Of a DNA stretch of 64,000 nt, positions 38,601 to 53,600 are shown one piece after another. The position numbers were made by a program, and so were the translations under genes. The DNA is from Mobula hypostoma (Eukaryota), in contig NW_026948143.1 in NCBI RefSeq assembly GCF_963921235.1, forward strand, positions 1-64,000. The letters are read 5' to 3'. Under the pieces are notes generated by a model. The model worked only from the letters and a program-made list of their open reading frames with translations. It searched no databases and was not told the origin of the DNA. Each line of letters opens with the position of its first letter. Position 1 is the first letter of the stretch.

Positions 38601-41600
38601 ACTCAATGCAAACACAGGTTAGTCTGCTGGAACTCAGTGAAAACACACGACAGTCTGCAGGAAGTCTGTGAAAACACGGGACAGACTGCAGGAACTCAGT
38701 GAAAACACAGTACAGTCTGCAGGAAGTCTGAGAATACACGGGACAGTCTGCAGGAACTCAGTGAAAACACGGGACAGTCTGCAGGAACTGAGTGAAAACA
38801 CACGACAGTTTGCAGGAAGTCAGAGAAAACACGGGACGGTCTGCCGGAACTCAGTGAAAACACAGAATGTCTGCAGGAAATCAGAGAAAACACGTGACGG
38901 TCTTCAGAAACTCAGTGAAGACACGGGACAGTCTGCAGGAACTCAGTGAAAACACAGGACAGTCTGCTGGATCTCAGTGAAAACACACAACAGTCTGCAG
39001 GACATCAGTGAAAACATGGGACCGTCTGCAGGAAGTCAGACAACACACGGGACAGTGTGCAGAAACTCAGTGAAAACATGGGACAGTCTGCAGGAAGTCA
39101 TAGAAAACACAGGACTGTCTGTAGGAACTCGGTGAAAACACGGGACAGACTGCAGGAACTCACTGAAAACACGGGACAGTCTGCAGGAACTCAGTGAAAA
39201 CACGTGACAGTCTGCAGGAACTCAGTGAAAACACGGGACAGTCTGAAGGAACTCAATGTAAACACAGGACTGTGTTTAGGAACTCAGTGAAAACATGGGA
39301 CAGGCTGCAAGAACTCAGTGAAAACACGAGACAGTCTGCAGGAACTCAGTGAAAACACGTGACATTCTGCAGGAACTCAGTGAAAACATGGGACAGTCTG
39401 CAGGAACTCAGTGTAAACACAGGACAGTCTGCAGGAACTGAGTGAAAACACACGACAGTCTGCAGGAACTCACTGAAAACACTGGACAGTCTGCAGGAAC
39501 TCAGTGAAAACAGAGGACAGTCTGCAGGAACTCAGTGAGAACACACAACAGTCTGTAGGAACTCTGTGAAAAAACAAGACAGTCTGCAGCAACTCAGTGA
39601 GAAAACGAGGACAGTGTGCAGGAACTCAGTGAAAACACAGGTTAGTCTGCTGGAACTCAGTGAAAACACAGAACAGTCTGCAGTAACTGAGTGAAAACAT
39701 ACGGCAGTCTGCAGGAAGTCTGAGAAAACACGGGACAGACTGCAGGAACTCAGTGAAAACACAGTACAGTCTGCAGGAAGTCTGTGAAAACACGGGACAG
39801 ACTGCAGGAACTCAGTGAAAACACGGGACAGTCTGCAGGAACTCAGTGAAAACAGAGGGCAGTCTGCGGGAACTCAGTGAAAACACACAACAGTCAGTAG
39901 GAACTCAGTGAAAACACACGACAGTCTGCATTAACTCAGTGAAAACACGGGACAGTCTGAAGGAACTCAATGTAAACACAGGACTGTGTTTAGGAACTCA
40001 GTGAAAACATGGGACAGGCTGCAAGAACTCAGTGAAAACACGAGACAGTCTGCAGGAACTCAGTGAAAATACGTGACATTCTGCAGGAACTCAGTGAAAA
40101 CATGGGACAGTCTGCAGGAACTCAGTGAGAACACACAACAGTCTGTAGGAACTCTGTGAAAACACAAGACAGTCTGCAGCAACTCAGTAAGAAACCGAGG
40201 ACAGTGCGCAGGAACTCAGTGAAAACACAGGTTAGTCTGCAGGATCTCAGTGAAAACACCGAACAGTCTGCTGGAACTCAGTGAAAACAGACGACAGTCT
40301 GTAGGAACTCAGTGAAAACACAGTACAGTCTGCAGGAAGTCAGAGAAAACACTGGGCAGTCTGCAGGAACTCAGTGAAAACACAGTACAGACTGGAGGAA
40401 GTCTGAGAAAACACGGGACAGACTGCTGGAACTCAGTGAAAACACAGGTTAGTCTGCTGGAAATCAGTAAAAACACAGAACAGTCTGCAGTAACTGAGTG
40501 AAAACACAGGACAGTCTGTAGGAACTCAGTGAAAACACAGGTTAGTCTGCTGGAACTCAGTGAAAACACAGTACGGTCTGCAGGAAGTCTGAGAAAATAC
40601 GGGACAGACTGCAGGAACTCAGTGAAAACACGGGACAGTCTGCAGGAACTCAGTGAAAACAGAGGACAGTCTGCGGGTACTCAGTGAAAACACACGACAG
40701 TCTGCAGGAAGTCAGAGAAAACACGGGACAGTCCGCAGAAACTCAGTGAAAAGACGAGACAGTCTGCAGGAACTCAGTGAAAACACGTGACATTCTGCAG
40801 GAACTCAGTGAAAACACGGGACAGTCTGCAGGAACTCAGTGTAAACACAGGACAGTCTGCAGGAACTGAGTGAAAACACACGACAGTCTGCAGGAACTCA
40901 GTGAGAACACACAACAGTCTGTAGGAACTCTGTGAAAACACAAGACAGTCTGCAGCAACTCAGTGAGAAACCGAGGACAGTGTGCAGGAACTCAGTGAAA
41001 ACACAGGTTAGTCTGCTGGAACTCAGTGAAAACACAGAACAGTCTGCAGTAACTGAGTGAAAACATACGGCAGTCTGCAGGAAGTCTGAGAAAACACGGG
41101 ACAGACTGCAGGAACTCAGTGAAAACACAGTACAGTCTGCAGGAAGTCTGAGAAAACACGGGACAGACTGCAGGAACTCAGTGAAAACACGGGACAGTCT
41201 GCAGGAACTCAGTGAAAACAGAGGACAGTCTGCGGGAACTCAGTGAAAACACACAACAGTCAGTAGGAACTCAGTGAAAACACACGACAGTCTGCAGGAA
41301 GTCAGAGAAAACACGGGACAGTCCGCAGAAACTCAGTGAAAACACGTGACAGTCTGCAGGAACTCAGTGAAAACACGGGACAGTCTGAAGGAACTCAATG
41401 TAAACACAGGACTGTGTTTAGGAACTCAGTGAAAACATGGGACAGGCTGCAAGAACTCAGTGAAAACACGAGACAGTCTGCAGGAACTCAGTGAAAACAC
41501 GTGACATTCTGCAGGAACTCAGTGAAAACATGGGACAGTCTGCAGGAACTCAGTGTAAACACAGGACAGTCTGCAGGAACTGAGTGAAAACACACGACAG

Positions 41601-44600
41601 TCTGCAGGAACTCAGAGAAAACACTGGACAGTCTGCAGGAACTCAGTGAAAACAGAGGACAGTCTGCAGGAACTCAGTGAGAACACACAACAGTCTGTAG
41701 GAACTCTGTGTAAAAACAAGACAGTCTGCAGCAACTCAGTGAGAAAACGAGGACAGTGTGCAGGAACTCAGTGAAAACACAGTACAGTCTGCAGGAAGTC
41801 TGTGAAAACACGGGACAGACTGCAGGAACTCAGTGAAAACACGGGACAGTCTGCAGGAACTCAGTGAAAACAGAGGACAGTCTGCGGGAACTCAGTGAAA
41901 ACACACAACAGTCAGTAGGAACTCAGTGAAAACACACGACAGTCTGCAGGAAGTCAGAGAAAACACGGGACAGTCCGCAGAAACTCAGTGAAAACACGTG
42001 ACAGTCTGCATTAACTCAGTGAAAACACGGGACAGTCTGAAGGAACTCAATGTAAACACAGGACTGTGTTTGGGAACTCAGTGAAAACATGGGACAGGCT
42101 GCAAGAACTCAGTGAAAACACGAGACAGTCTGCAGGAACTCAGTGAAAACACGTGACATTCTGCAGGAACTCAGTGAAAACATGGGACAGTCTGCAGGAA
42201 CTCAGTGTAAACACAGGACAGTCTGCAGGAACTGAGTGAAAACACACGACAGTCTGCAGGAACTCAGAGAAAACACTGGACAGTCTGCAGGAACTCAGTG
42301 AAAACAGAGGACAGTCTGCAGGAACTCAGTGAGAACACACAACAGTCTGTAGGAACTCTGTGAAAAAACAAGACAGTCTGCAGCAACTCAGTGAGAAAAC
42401 GAGGACAGTGTGCAGGAACTCAGTGAAAACACAGGTTAGTCTGCTGGAACTCAGTGAAAACACAGAACAGTCTGCAGTAACTGAGTGAAAACATACGGCA
42501 GTCTGCAGGAAGTCTGAGAAAACACGGGACAGACTGCAGGAACTCAGTGAAAACACAGTACAGTCTGCAGGAAGTCTGTGAAAACACGGGACAGACTGCA
42601 GGAACTCAGTGAAAACACGGGACAGTCTGCAGGAACTCAGTGAAAACAGAGGACAGTCTGCGGGAACTCAGTGAAAACACACAACAGTCAGTAGGAACTC
42701 AGTGAAAACACACGACAGTCTGCAGGAAGTCAGAGAAAACACGGGACAGTCCGCAGAAACTCAGTGAAAACACGTGACAGTCTGCAGGAACTCAGTGAAA
42801 ACACGGGACAGTCTGAAGGAACTCAATGTAAACACAGGACTGTGTTTAGGAACTCAGTGAAAACATGGGACAGGCTGCAAGAACTCAGTGAAAACACGAG
42901 ACAGTCTGCAGGAACTCAGTGAAAACACGTGACATTCTGCAGGAACTCAGAGAAAACACTGGACAGTCTTCAGGAACTCAGTGAGAACACACAACAGTCT
43001 GCTGGAACTCAGTGAAAACACACGACAGTCTGCAGCAACTCAGTGAGAAACCGAGGACAGTGCGCAGGAACTCAATGCAAACACAGGTTAGTCTGCTGGA
43101 ACTCAGTGAAAACACACGACAGTCTGCAGGAAGTCTGTGAAAACACGGGACAGACTGCAGGAACTCAGTGAAAACACAGTACAGTCTGCAGGAAGTCTGA
43201 GAATACACGGGACAGTCTGCAGGAACTCAGTGAAAACACGGGACAGTCTGCAGGAACTGAGTGAAAACACACGACAGTTTGCAGGAAGTCAGAGAAAACA
43301 CGGGACGGTCTGCCGGAACTCAGTGAAAACACAGAATGTCTGCAGGAAATCAGAGAAAACACGTGACGGTCTTCAGAAACTCAGTGAAGACACGGGACAG
43401 TCTGCAGGAACTCAGTGAAAACACAGGACAGTCTGCTGGATCTCAGTGAAAACACACAACAGTCTGCAGGACATCAGTGAAAACATGGGACCGTCTGCAG
43501 GAAGTCAGACAACACACGGGACAGTGTGCAGAAACTCAGTGAAAACATGGGACAGTCTGCAGGAAGTCATAGAAAACACAGGACTGTCTGTAGGAACTCG
43601 GTGAAAACACGGGACAGACTGCAGGAACTCACTGAAAACACGGGACAGTCTGCAGGAACTCAGTGAAAACAGAGGACAGTCTGCAGGAACTCAGTGAGAA
43701 CACACAACAGTCTGTAGGAACTCTGTGAAAACACAAGACAGTCTGCAGGAATTCAGTGAAAACACACGACAGTCTGCAGGAAGTCAGAGAAAACACGGGA
43801 CAGTCTGCAGGAACTCAGTGAAAACACCGAACAGTCTGCTGGAACTCAGTGAAAACAGACGACAGTCTGTAGGAACTCAGTGAAAACACAGTACAGTCTG
43901 CAGGAAGTCAGAGAAAACACTGGGCAGTCTGCAGGAACTCAGTGAAAACACAGTACAGACTGGAGGAAGTCTGAGAAAACACGGGACAGACTGCTGGAAC
44001 TCAGTGAAAACACAGGTTAGTCTGCTGGAAATCAGTAAAAACACAGAACAGTCTGCAGTAACTGAGTGAAAACACAGGACAGTCTGTAGGAACTCAGTGA
44101 AAACACAGGTTAGTCTGCTGGAACTCAGTGAAAACACAGTACGGTCTGCAGGAAGTCTGAGAAAATACGGGACAGACTGCAGGAACTCAGTGAAAACACG
44201 GGACAGTCTGCAGGAACTCAGTGAAAACAGAGGACAGTCTGCGGGTACTCAGTGAAAACACACGACAGTCTGCAGGAAGTCAGAGAAAACACGGGACAGT
44301 CCGCAGAAACTCAGTGAAAAGACGAGACAGTCTGCAGGAACTCAGTGAAAACACGTGACATTCTGCAGGAACTCAGTGAAAACACGGGACAGTCTGCAGG
44401 AACTCAGTGTAAACACAGGACAGTCTGCAGGAACTGAGTGAAAACACACGACAGTCTGCAGGAACTCAGTGAGAACACACAACAGTCTGTAGGAACTCTG
44501 TGAAAACACAAGACAGTCTGCAGCAACTCAGTGAGAAACCGAGGACAGTGTGCAGGAACTCAGTGAAAACACAGGTTAGTCTGCTGGAACTCAGTGAAAA

Positions 44601-47600
44601 CACAGAACAGTCTGCAGTAACTGAGTGAAAACATACGGCAGTCTGCAGGAAGTCTGAGAAAACACGGGACAGACTGCAGGAACTCAGTGAAAACACAGTA
44701 CAGTCTGCAGGAAGTCTGAGAAAACACGGGACAGACTGCAGGAACTCAGTGAAAACACGGGACAGTCTGCAGGAACTCAGTGAAAACAGAGGACAGTCTG
44801 CGGGAACTCAGTGAAAACACACAACAGTCAGTAGGAACTCAGTGAAAACACACGACAGTCTGCAGGAAGTCAGAGAAAACACGGGACAGTCCGCAGAAAC
44901 TCAGTGAAAACACGTGACAGTCTGCAGGAACTCAGTGAAAACACGGGACAGTCTGAAGGAACTCAATGTAAACACAGGACTGTGTTTAGGAACTCAGTGA
45001 AAACATGGGACAGGCTGCAAGAACTCAGTGAAAACACGAGACAGTCTGCAGGAACTCAGTGAAAACACGTGACATTCTGCAGGAACTCAGTGAAAACATG
45101 GGACAGTCTGCAGGAACTCAGTGTAAACACAGGACAGTCTGCAGGAACTGAGTGAAAACACACGACAGTCTGCAGGAACTCAGAGAAAACACTGGACAGT
45201 CTGCAGGAACTCAGTGAAAACAGAGGACAGTCTGCAGGAACTCAGTGAGAACACACAACAGTCTGTAGGAACTCTGTGTAAAAACAAGACAGTCTGCAGC
45301 AACTCAGTGAGAAAACGAGGACAGTGTGCAGGAACTCAGTGAAAACACAGGTTAGTCTGCTGGAACTCAGTGAAAACACAGAACAGTCTGCAGTAACTGA
45401 GTGAAAACATACGGCAGTCTGCAGGAAGTCTGAGAAAACACGGGACAGACTGCAGGAACTCAGTGAAAACACAGTACAGTCTGCAGGAAGTCTGTGAAAA
45501 CACGGGACAGACTGCAGGAACTCAGTGAAAACACGGGACAGTCTGCAGGAACTCAGTGAAAACAGAGGACAGTCTGCGGGAACTCAGTGAAAACACACAA
45601 CAGTCAGTAGGAACTCAGTGAAAACACACGACAGTCTGCAGGAAGTCAGAGAAAACACGGGACAGTCCGCAGAAACTCAGTGAAAACACGTGACAGTCTG
45701 CATTAACTCAGTGAAAACACGGGACAGTCTGAAGGAACTCAATGTAAACACAGGACTGTGTTTGGGAACTCAGTGAAAACATGGGACAGGCTGCAAGAAC
45801 TCAGTGAAAACACGAGACAGTCTGCAGGAACTCAGTGAAAACACGTGACATTCTGCAGGAACTCAGTGAAAACATGGGACAGTCTGCAGGAACTCAGTGT
45901 AAACACAGGACAGTCTGCAGGAACTGAGTGAAAACACACGACAGTCTGCAGGAACTCAGAGAAAACACTGGACAGTCTGCAGGAACTCAGTGAAAACAGA
46001 GGACAGTCTGCAGGAACTCAGTGAGAACACACAACAGTCTGTAGGAACTCTGTGAAAAAACAAGACAGTCTGCAGCAACTCAGTGAGAAAACGAGGACAG
46101 TGTGCAGGAACTCAGTGAAAACACAGGTTAGTCTGCTGGAACTCAGTGAAAACACAGAACAGTCTGCAGTAACTGAGTGAAAACATACGGCAGTCTGCAG
46201 GAAGTCTGAGAAAACACGGGACAGACTGCAGGAACTCAGTGAAAACACAGTACAGTCTGCAGGAAGTCTGTGAAAACACGGGACAGACTGCAGGAACTCA
46301 GTGAAAACACGGGACAGTCTGCAGGAACTCAGTGAAAACAGAGGACAGTCTGCGGGAACTCAGTGAAAACACACAACAGTCAGTAGGAACTCAGTGAAAA
46401 CACACGACAGTCTGCAGGAAGTCAGAGAAAACACGGGACAGTCCGCAGAAACTCAGTGAAAACACGTGACAGTCTGCAGGAACTCAGTGAAAACACGGGA
46501 CAGTCTGAAGGAACTCAATGTAAACACAGGACTGTGTTTAGGAACTCAGTGAAAACATGGGACAGGCTGCAAGAACTCAGTGAAAACACGAGACAGTCTG
46601 CAGGAACTCAGTGAAAACACGTGACATTCTGCAGGAACTCAGAGAAAACACTGGACAGTCTTCAGGAACTCAGTGAGAACACACAACAGTCTGCTGGAAC
46701 TCAGTGAAAACACACGACAGTCTGCAGCAACTCAGTGAGAAACCGAGGACAGTGCGCAGGAACTCAATGCAAACACAGGTTAGTCTGCTGGAACTCAGTG
46801 AAAACACACGACAGTCTGCAGGAAGTCTGTGAAAACACGGGACAGACTGCAGGAACTCAGTGAAAACACAGTACAGTCTGCAGGAAGTCTGAGAATACAC
46901 GGGACAGTCTGCAGGAACTCAGTGAAAACACGGGACAGTCTGCAGGAACTGAGTGAAAACACACGACAGTTTGCAGGAAGTCAGAGAAAACACGGGACGG
47001 TCTGCCGGAACTCAGTGAAAACACAGAATGTCTGCAGGAAATCAGAGAAAACACGTGACGGTCTTCAGAAACTCAGTGAAGACACGGGACAGTCTGCAGG
47101 AACTCAGTGAAAACACAGGACAGTCTGCTGGATCTCAGTGAAAACACACAACAGTCTGCAGGACATCAGTGAAAACATGGGACCGTCTGCAGGAAGTCAG
47201 ACAACACACGGGACAGTGTGCAGAAACTCAGTGAAAACATGGGACAGTCTGCAGGAAGTCATAGAAAACACAGGACTGTCTGTAGGAACTCGGTGAAAAC
47301 ACGGGACAGACTGCAGGAACTCACTGAAAACACGGGACAGTCTGCAGGAACTCAGTGAAAACAGAGGACAGTCTGCAGGAACTCAGTGAGAACACACAAC
47401 AGTCTGTAGGAACTCTGTGAAAACACAAGACAGTCTGCAGCAACTCAGTGAGAAACCGAGGACAGTGTGCAGGAACTCAGTGAAAATACGGGAGAGTCTG
47501 CAGGAACTCAGTGAAAACAGAGGACAGTCTGCGGGAACTCAGTGTAAACACAGGACAGTCTGCAGGAACTGAGTGAAAACACACGACAGTCTGCAGGAAC

Positions 47601-50600
47601 TCAGAGAAAACACTGGACAGTCTGCAGGAACTCAGTGAAAACAGAGGACAGTCTGCAGGAACTCAGTGAGAACACACAACAGTCTGTAGGAACTCTGTGT
47701 AAAAACAAGACAGTCTGCAGCAACTCAGTGAGAAAACGAGGACAGTGTGCAGGAACTCAGTGAAAACACAGGTTAGTCTGCTGGAACTCAGTGAAAACAC
47801 AGAACAGTCTGCAGTAACTGAGTGAAAACATACGGCAGTCTGCAGGAAGTCTGAGAAAACACGGGACAGACTGCAGGAACTCAGTGAAAACACAGTACAG
47901 TCTGCAGGAAGTCTGTGAAAACACGGGACAGACTGCAGGAACTCAGTGAAAACACGGGACAGTCTGCAGGAACTCAGTGAAAACAGAGGACAGTCTGCGG
48001 GAACTCAGTGAAAACACACAACAGTCAGTAGGAACTCAGTGAAAACACACGACAGTCTGCAGGAAGTCAGAGAAAACACGGGACAGTCCGCAGAAACTCA
48101 GTGAAAACACGTGACAGTCTGCATTAACTCAGTGAAAACACGGGACAGTCTGAAGGAACTCAATGTAAACACAGGACTGTGTTTGGGAACTCAGTGAAAA
48201 CATGGGACAGGCTGCAAGAACTCAGTGAAAACACGAGACAGTCTGCAGGAACTCAGTGAAAACACGTGACATTCTGCAGGAACTCAGTGAAAACATGGGA
48301 CAGTCTGCAGGAACTCAGTGTAAACACAGGACAGTCTGCAGGAACTGAGTGAAAACACACGACAGTCTGCAGGAACTCAGAGAAAACACTGGACAGTCTG
48401 CAGGAACTCAGTGAAAACAGAGGACAGTCTGCAGGAACTCAGTGAGAACACACAACAGTCTGTAGGAACTCTGTGAAAAAACAAGACAGTCTGCAGCAAC
48501 TCAGTGAGAAAACGAGGACAGTGTGCAGGAACTCAGTGAAAACACAGGTTAGTCTGCTGGAACTCAGTGAAAACACAGAACAGTCTGCAGTAACTGAGTG
48601 AAAACATACGGCAGTCTGCAGGAAGTCTGAGAAAACACGGGACAGACTGCAGGAACTCAGTGAAAACACAGTACAGTCTGCAGGAAGTCTGTGAAAACAC
48701 GGGACAGACTGCAGGAACTCAGTGAAAACACGGGACAGTCTGCAGGAACTCAGTGAAAACAGAGGACAGTCTGCGGGAACTCAGTGAAAACACACAACAG
48801 TCAGTAGGAACTCAGTGAAAACACACGACAGTCTGCAGGAAGTCAGAGAAAACACGGGACAGTCCGCAGAAACTCAGTGAAAACACGTGACAGTCTGCAG
48901 GAACTCAGTGAAAACACGGGACAGTCTGAAGGAACTCAATGTAAACACAGGACTGTGTTTAGGAACTCAGTGAAAACATGGGACAGGCTGCAAGAACTCA
49001 GTGAAAACACGAGACAGTCTGCAGGAACTCAGTGAAAACACGTGACATTCTGCAGGAACTCAGAGAAAACACTGGACAGTCTTCAGGAACTCAGTGAGAA
49101 CACACAACAGTCTGCTGGAACTCAGTGAAAACACACGACAGTCTGCAGCAACTCAGTGAGAAACCGAGGACAGTGCGCAGGAACTCAATGCAAACACAGG
49201 TTAGTCTGCTGGAACTCAGTGAAAACACACGACAGTCTGCAGGAAGTCTGTGAAAACACGGGACAGACTGCAGGAACTCAGTGAAAACACAGTACAGTCT
49301 GCAGGAAGTCTGAGAATACACGGGACAGTCTGCAGGAACTCAGTGAAAACACGGGACAGTCTGCAGGAACTGAGTGAAAACACACGACAGTTTGCAGGAA
49401 GTCAGAGAAAACACGGGACGGTCTGCCGGAACTCAGTGAAAACACAGAATGTCTGCAGGAAATCAGAGAAAACACGTGACGGTCTTCAGAAACTCAGTGA
49501 AGACACGGGACAGTCTGCAGGAACTCAGTGAAAACACAGGACAGTCTGCTGGATCTCAGTGAAAACACACAACAGTCTGCAGGACATCAGTGAAAACATG
49601 GGACCGTCTGCAGGAAGTCAGACAACACACGGGACAGTGTGCAGAAACTCAGTGAAAACATGGGACAGTCTGCAGGAAGTCATAGAAAACACAGGACTGT
49701 CTGTAGGAACTCGGTGAAAACACGGGACAGACTGCAGGAACTCACTGAAAACACGGGACAGTCTGCAGGAACTCAGTGAAAACAGAGGACAGTCTGCAGG
49801 AACTCAGTGAGAACACACAACAGTCTGTAGGAACTCTGTGAAAACACAAGACAGTCTGCAGCAACTCAGTGAGAAACCGAGGACAGTGTGCAGGAACTCA
49901 GTGAAAATACGGGAGAGTCTGCAGGAACTCAGTGAAAACAGAGGACAGTCTGCGGGAACTCAGTGAAAACACACAACAGTCAGTAGGAACTCAGTGAAAA
50001 CACACGACAGTCTGCAGGAAGTCAGAGAAAACACGGGACAGTCCGCAGAAACTCAGTGAAAACACGTGACAGTCTGCAGGAACTCAGTCAAAACACGGGA
50101 CAGTCTGAAGGAACTCAATGTAAACACAGGACTGTGTTTAGGAACTCAGTGAAAACATGGGACAGGCTGCAAGAACTCAGTGAAAACACGAGACAGTCTG
50201 CAGGAACTCAGTGAAAACACAGGACAGTCTGCTGGATCTCAGTGAAAACACACAACAGTCTGCAGGACATCAGTGAAAACATGGGACCGTCTGCAGGAAG
50301 TCAGACAACACACGGGACAGTGTGCAGAAACTCAGTGAAAACATGGGACAGTCTGCAGGAAGTCATAGAAAACACAGGACTGTCTGTAGGAACTCAGTGA
50401 AAACACGGGACAGACTGCAGGAACTCACTGAAAACACGGGACAGTCTGCAGGAACTCAGTGAAAACAGAGGACAGTCTGCAGGAACTCACTGAGAACACA
50501 CAACAGTCTGTAGGAACTCTGTGAAAACACAAGACAGTCTGCAGCAACTCAGTGAGAAACCGAGGACAGTGTGCAGGAACTCAGTGAAAACACAGGTTAG

Positions 50601-53600
50601 TCTGCTGGAACTCAGTGAAAACACAGAACAGTCTGCAGTAACTGAGTGAAAACATACGGCAGACTGCAGGAAGTCTGAGAAAACACGGGAGAGACTGCAG
50701 GAACTCACTGAAAACACAGTACAGTCTGCAGGAAGTCTGAGAAAACACGGGACAGACTGCAGGAACTCAGTGAAAACACGGGACAGTCTGCAGGAACTCA
50801 GTGAAAACAGAGGACAGTCTGCGGGAACTCAGTGAAAACACACAACAGTCAGTAGGAACTCAGTGAAAACACACGACAGTCTGCAGGAAGTCAGAGAAAA
50901 CACGGGACAGTCCGCAGAAACTCAGTGAAAACACGTGACAGTCTGCAGGAACTCAGTGAAAACACGGGACAGTCTGAAGGAACTCAATGTAAACACAGGA
51001 CTGTGTTTAGGAACTCAGTGAAAACATGGGACAGGCTGCAAGAACTCAGTGAAAACACGAGACAGTCTGCAGGAACTCAGTGAAAACACGTGACATTCTG
51101 CAGGAACTCAGAGAAAACACTGGACAGTCTTCAGGAACTCAGTGAGAACACACAACAGTCTGCTGGAACTCAGTGAAAGCACACGACAGTCTGCAGCAAC
51201 TCAGTGAGAAACCGAGGACAGTGCGCAGGAACTCAATGCAAACACAGGTTAGTCTGCTGGAACTCAGGGAAAACACACGACAGTCTGCAGGAAGTCTGTG
51301 AAAACACGGGACAGACTGCAGGAACTCAGTGAAAACACAGTACAGTCTGCAGGAAGTCTGAGAATACACGGGACAGTCTGCAGGAACTCAGTGAAAACAC
51401 GGGACAGTCTGCAGGAACTGAGTGAAAACACACGACAGTTTGCAGGAAGTCAGAGAAAACACGGGACGGTCTGCCGGAACTCAGTGAAAACACAGAATGT
51501 CTGCAGGAAATCAGAGAAAACACGTGACGGTCTTCAGAAACTCAGTGAAGACACGGGACAGTCTGCAGGAACTCAGTGAAAACACAGGACAGTCTGCTGG
51601 ATCTCAGTGAAAACACACAACAGTCTGCAGGACATCAGTGAAAACATGGGACCGTCTGCAGGAAGTCAGACAACACACGGGACAGTGTGCAGAAACTCAG
51701 TGAAAACATGGGACAGTCTGCAGGAAGTCATAGAAAACACAGGACTGTCTGTAGGAACTCGGTGAAAACACGGGACAGACTGCAGGAACTCACTGAAAAC
51801 ACGGGACAGTCTGCAGGAACTCAGTGAAAACAGAGGACAGTCTGCAGGAACTCAGTGAGAACACACAACAGTCTGTAGGAACTCTGTGAAAACACAAGAC
51901 AGTCTGCAGCAACTCAGTGAGAAACCGAGGACAGTGTGCAGGAACTCAGTGAAAATACGGGAGAGTCTGCAGGAACTCAGTGAAAACAGAGGACAGTCTG
52001 CGGGAACTCAGTGAAAACACACAACAGTCAGTAGGAACTCAGTGAAAACACACGACAGTCTGCAGGAAGTCAGAGAAAACACGGGACAGTCCGCAGAAAC
52101 TCAGTGAAAACACGTGACAGTCTGCAGGAACTCAGTGAAAACACGGGACAGTCTGAAGGAACTCAATGTAAACACAGGACTGTGTTTAGGAACTCAGTGA
52201 AAACATGGGACAGGCTGCAAGAACTCAGTGAAAACACGAGACAGTCTGCAGGATCTCAGTGAAAACACAGGACAGTCTGCTGGATCTCAGTGAAAACACA
52301 CAACAGTCTGCAGGACATCAGTGAAAACATGGGACCGTCTGCAGGAAGTCAGACAACACACGGGACAGTGTGCAGAAACTCAGTGAAAACATGGGACAGT
52401 CTGCAGGAAGTCATAGAAAACACAGGACTGTCTGTAGGAACTCAGTGAAAACACGGGACAGACTGCAGGAACTCACTGAAAACACGGGACAGTCTGCAGG
52501 AACTCAGTGAAAACAGAGGACAGTCTGCAGGAACTCAGTGAGAACACACAACAGTCTGTAGGAACTCTGTGAAAACACAAGACAGTCTGCAGCAACTCAG
52601 TGAGAAACCGAGGACAGTGTGCAGGAACTCAGTGAAAACACAGGTTAGTCTGCTGGAACTCAGTGAAAACACAGAACAGTCTGCAGTAACTGAGTGAAAA
52701 CATACGGCAGTCTGCAGGAAGTCTGAGAAAACACGGGACAGACTGCAGGAACTCAGTGAAAACACAGTACAGTCTGCAGGAAGTCTGAGAAAACACGGGA
52801 CAGACTGCAGGAACTCAGTGAAAACACGGGACAGTCTGCAGGAACTCAGTGAAAACAGAGGACAGTCTGCGGGAACTCAGTGAAAACACACAACAGTCAG
52901 TAGGAACTCAGTGAAAACACACGACAGTCTGCAGGAAGTCAGAGAAAACACGGGACAGTCCGCAGAAACTCAGTGAAAACACGTGACAGTCTGCAGGAAC
53001 TCAGTGAAAACACGGGACAGTCTGAAGGAACTCAATGTAAACACAGGACTGTGTTTAGGAACTCAGTGAAAACATGGGACAGGCTGCAAGAACTCAGTGA
53101 AAACACGAGACAGTCTGCAGGAACTCAGTGAAAACACGTGACATTCTGCAGGAACTCAGTGAAAACATGGGACAGTCTGCAGGAACTCAGTGTAAACACA
53201 GGACAGTCTGCAGGAACTGAGTGAAAACACACGACAGTCTGCAGGAACTCAGAGAAAACACTGGACAGTCTGCAGGAACTCAGTGAAAACAGAGGACAGT
53301 CTGCAGGAACTCAGTGAGGACACACAACAGTCTGTAGGAACTCTGTGAAAGCACAAGACAGTCTGCAGCAACTCAGTGAGAAACCGACGACAGTGTGCAG
53401 GAACTCAGTGAAAACACAGAACAGTCTGCAGTAACTGAGTGAAAACATACGGCAGTCTGCAGGAAGTCTGAGAAAACACGGAACAGACTGCAGGAACTCA
53501 GTGAAAACACAGTACAGTCTGCAGGAAGTCTGAGAAAACACGGGACAGACTGCAGGAACTCAGTGAAAACACGGGACAGTCTGCAGGAACTCAGTCAGAA

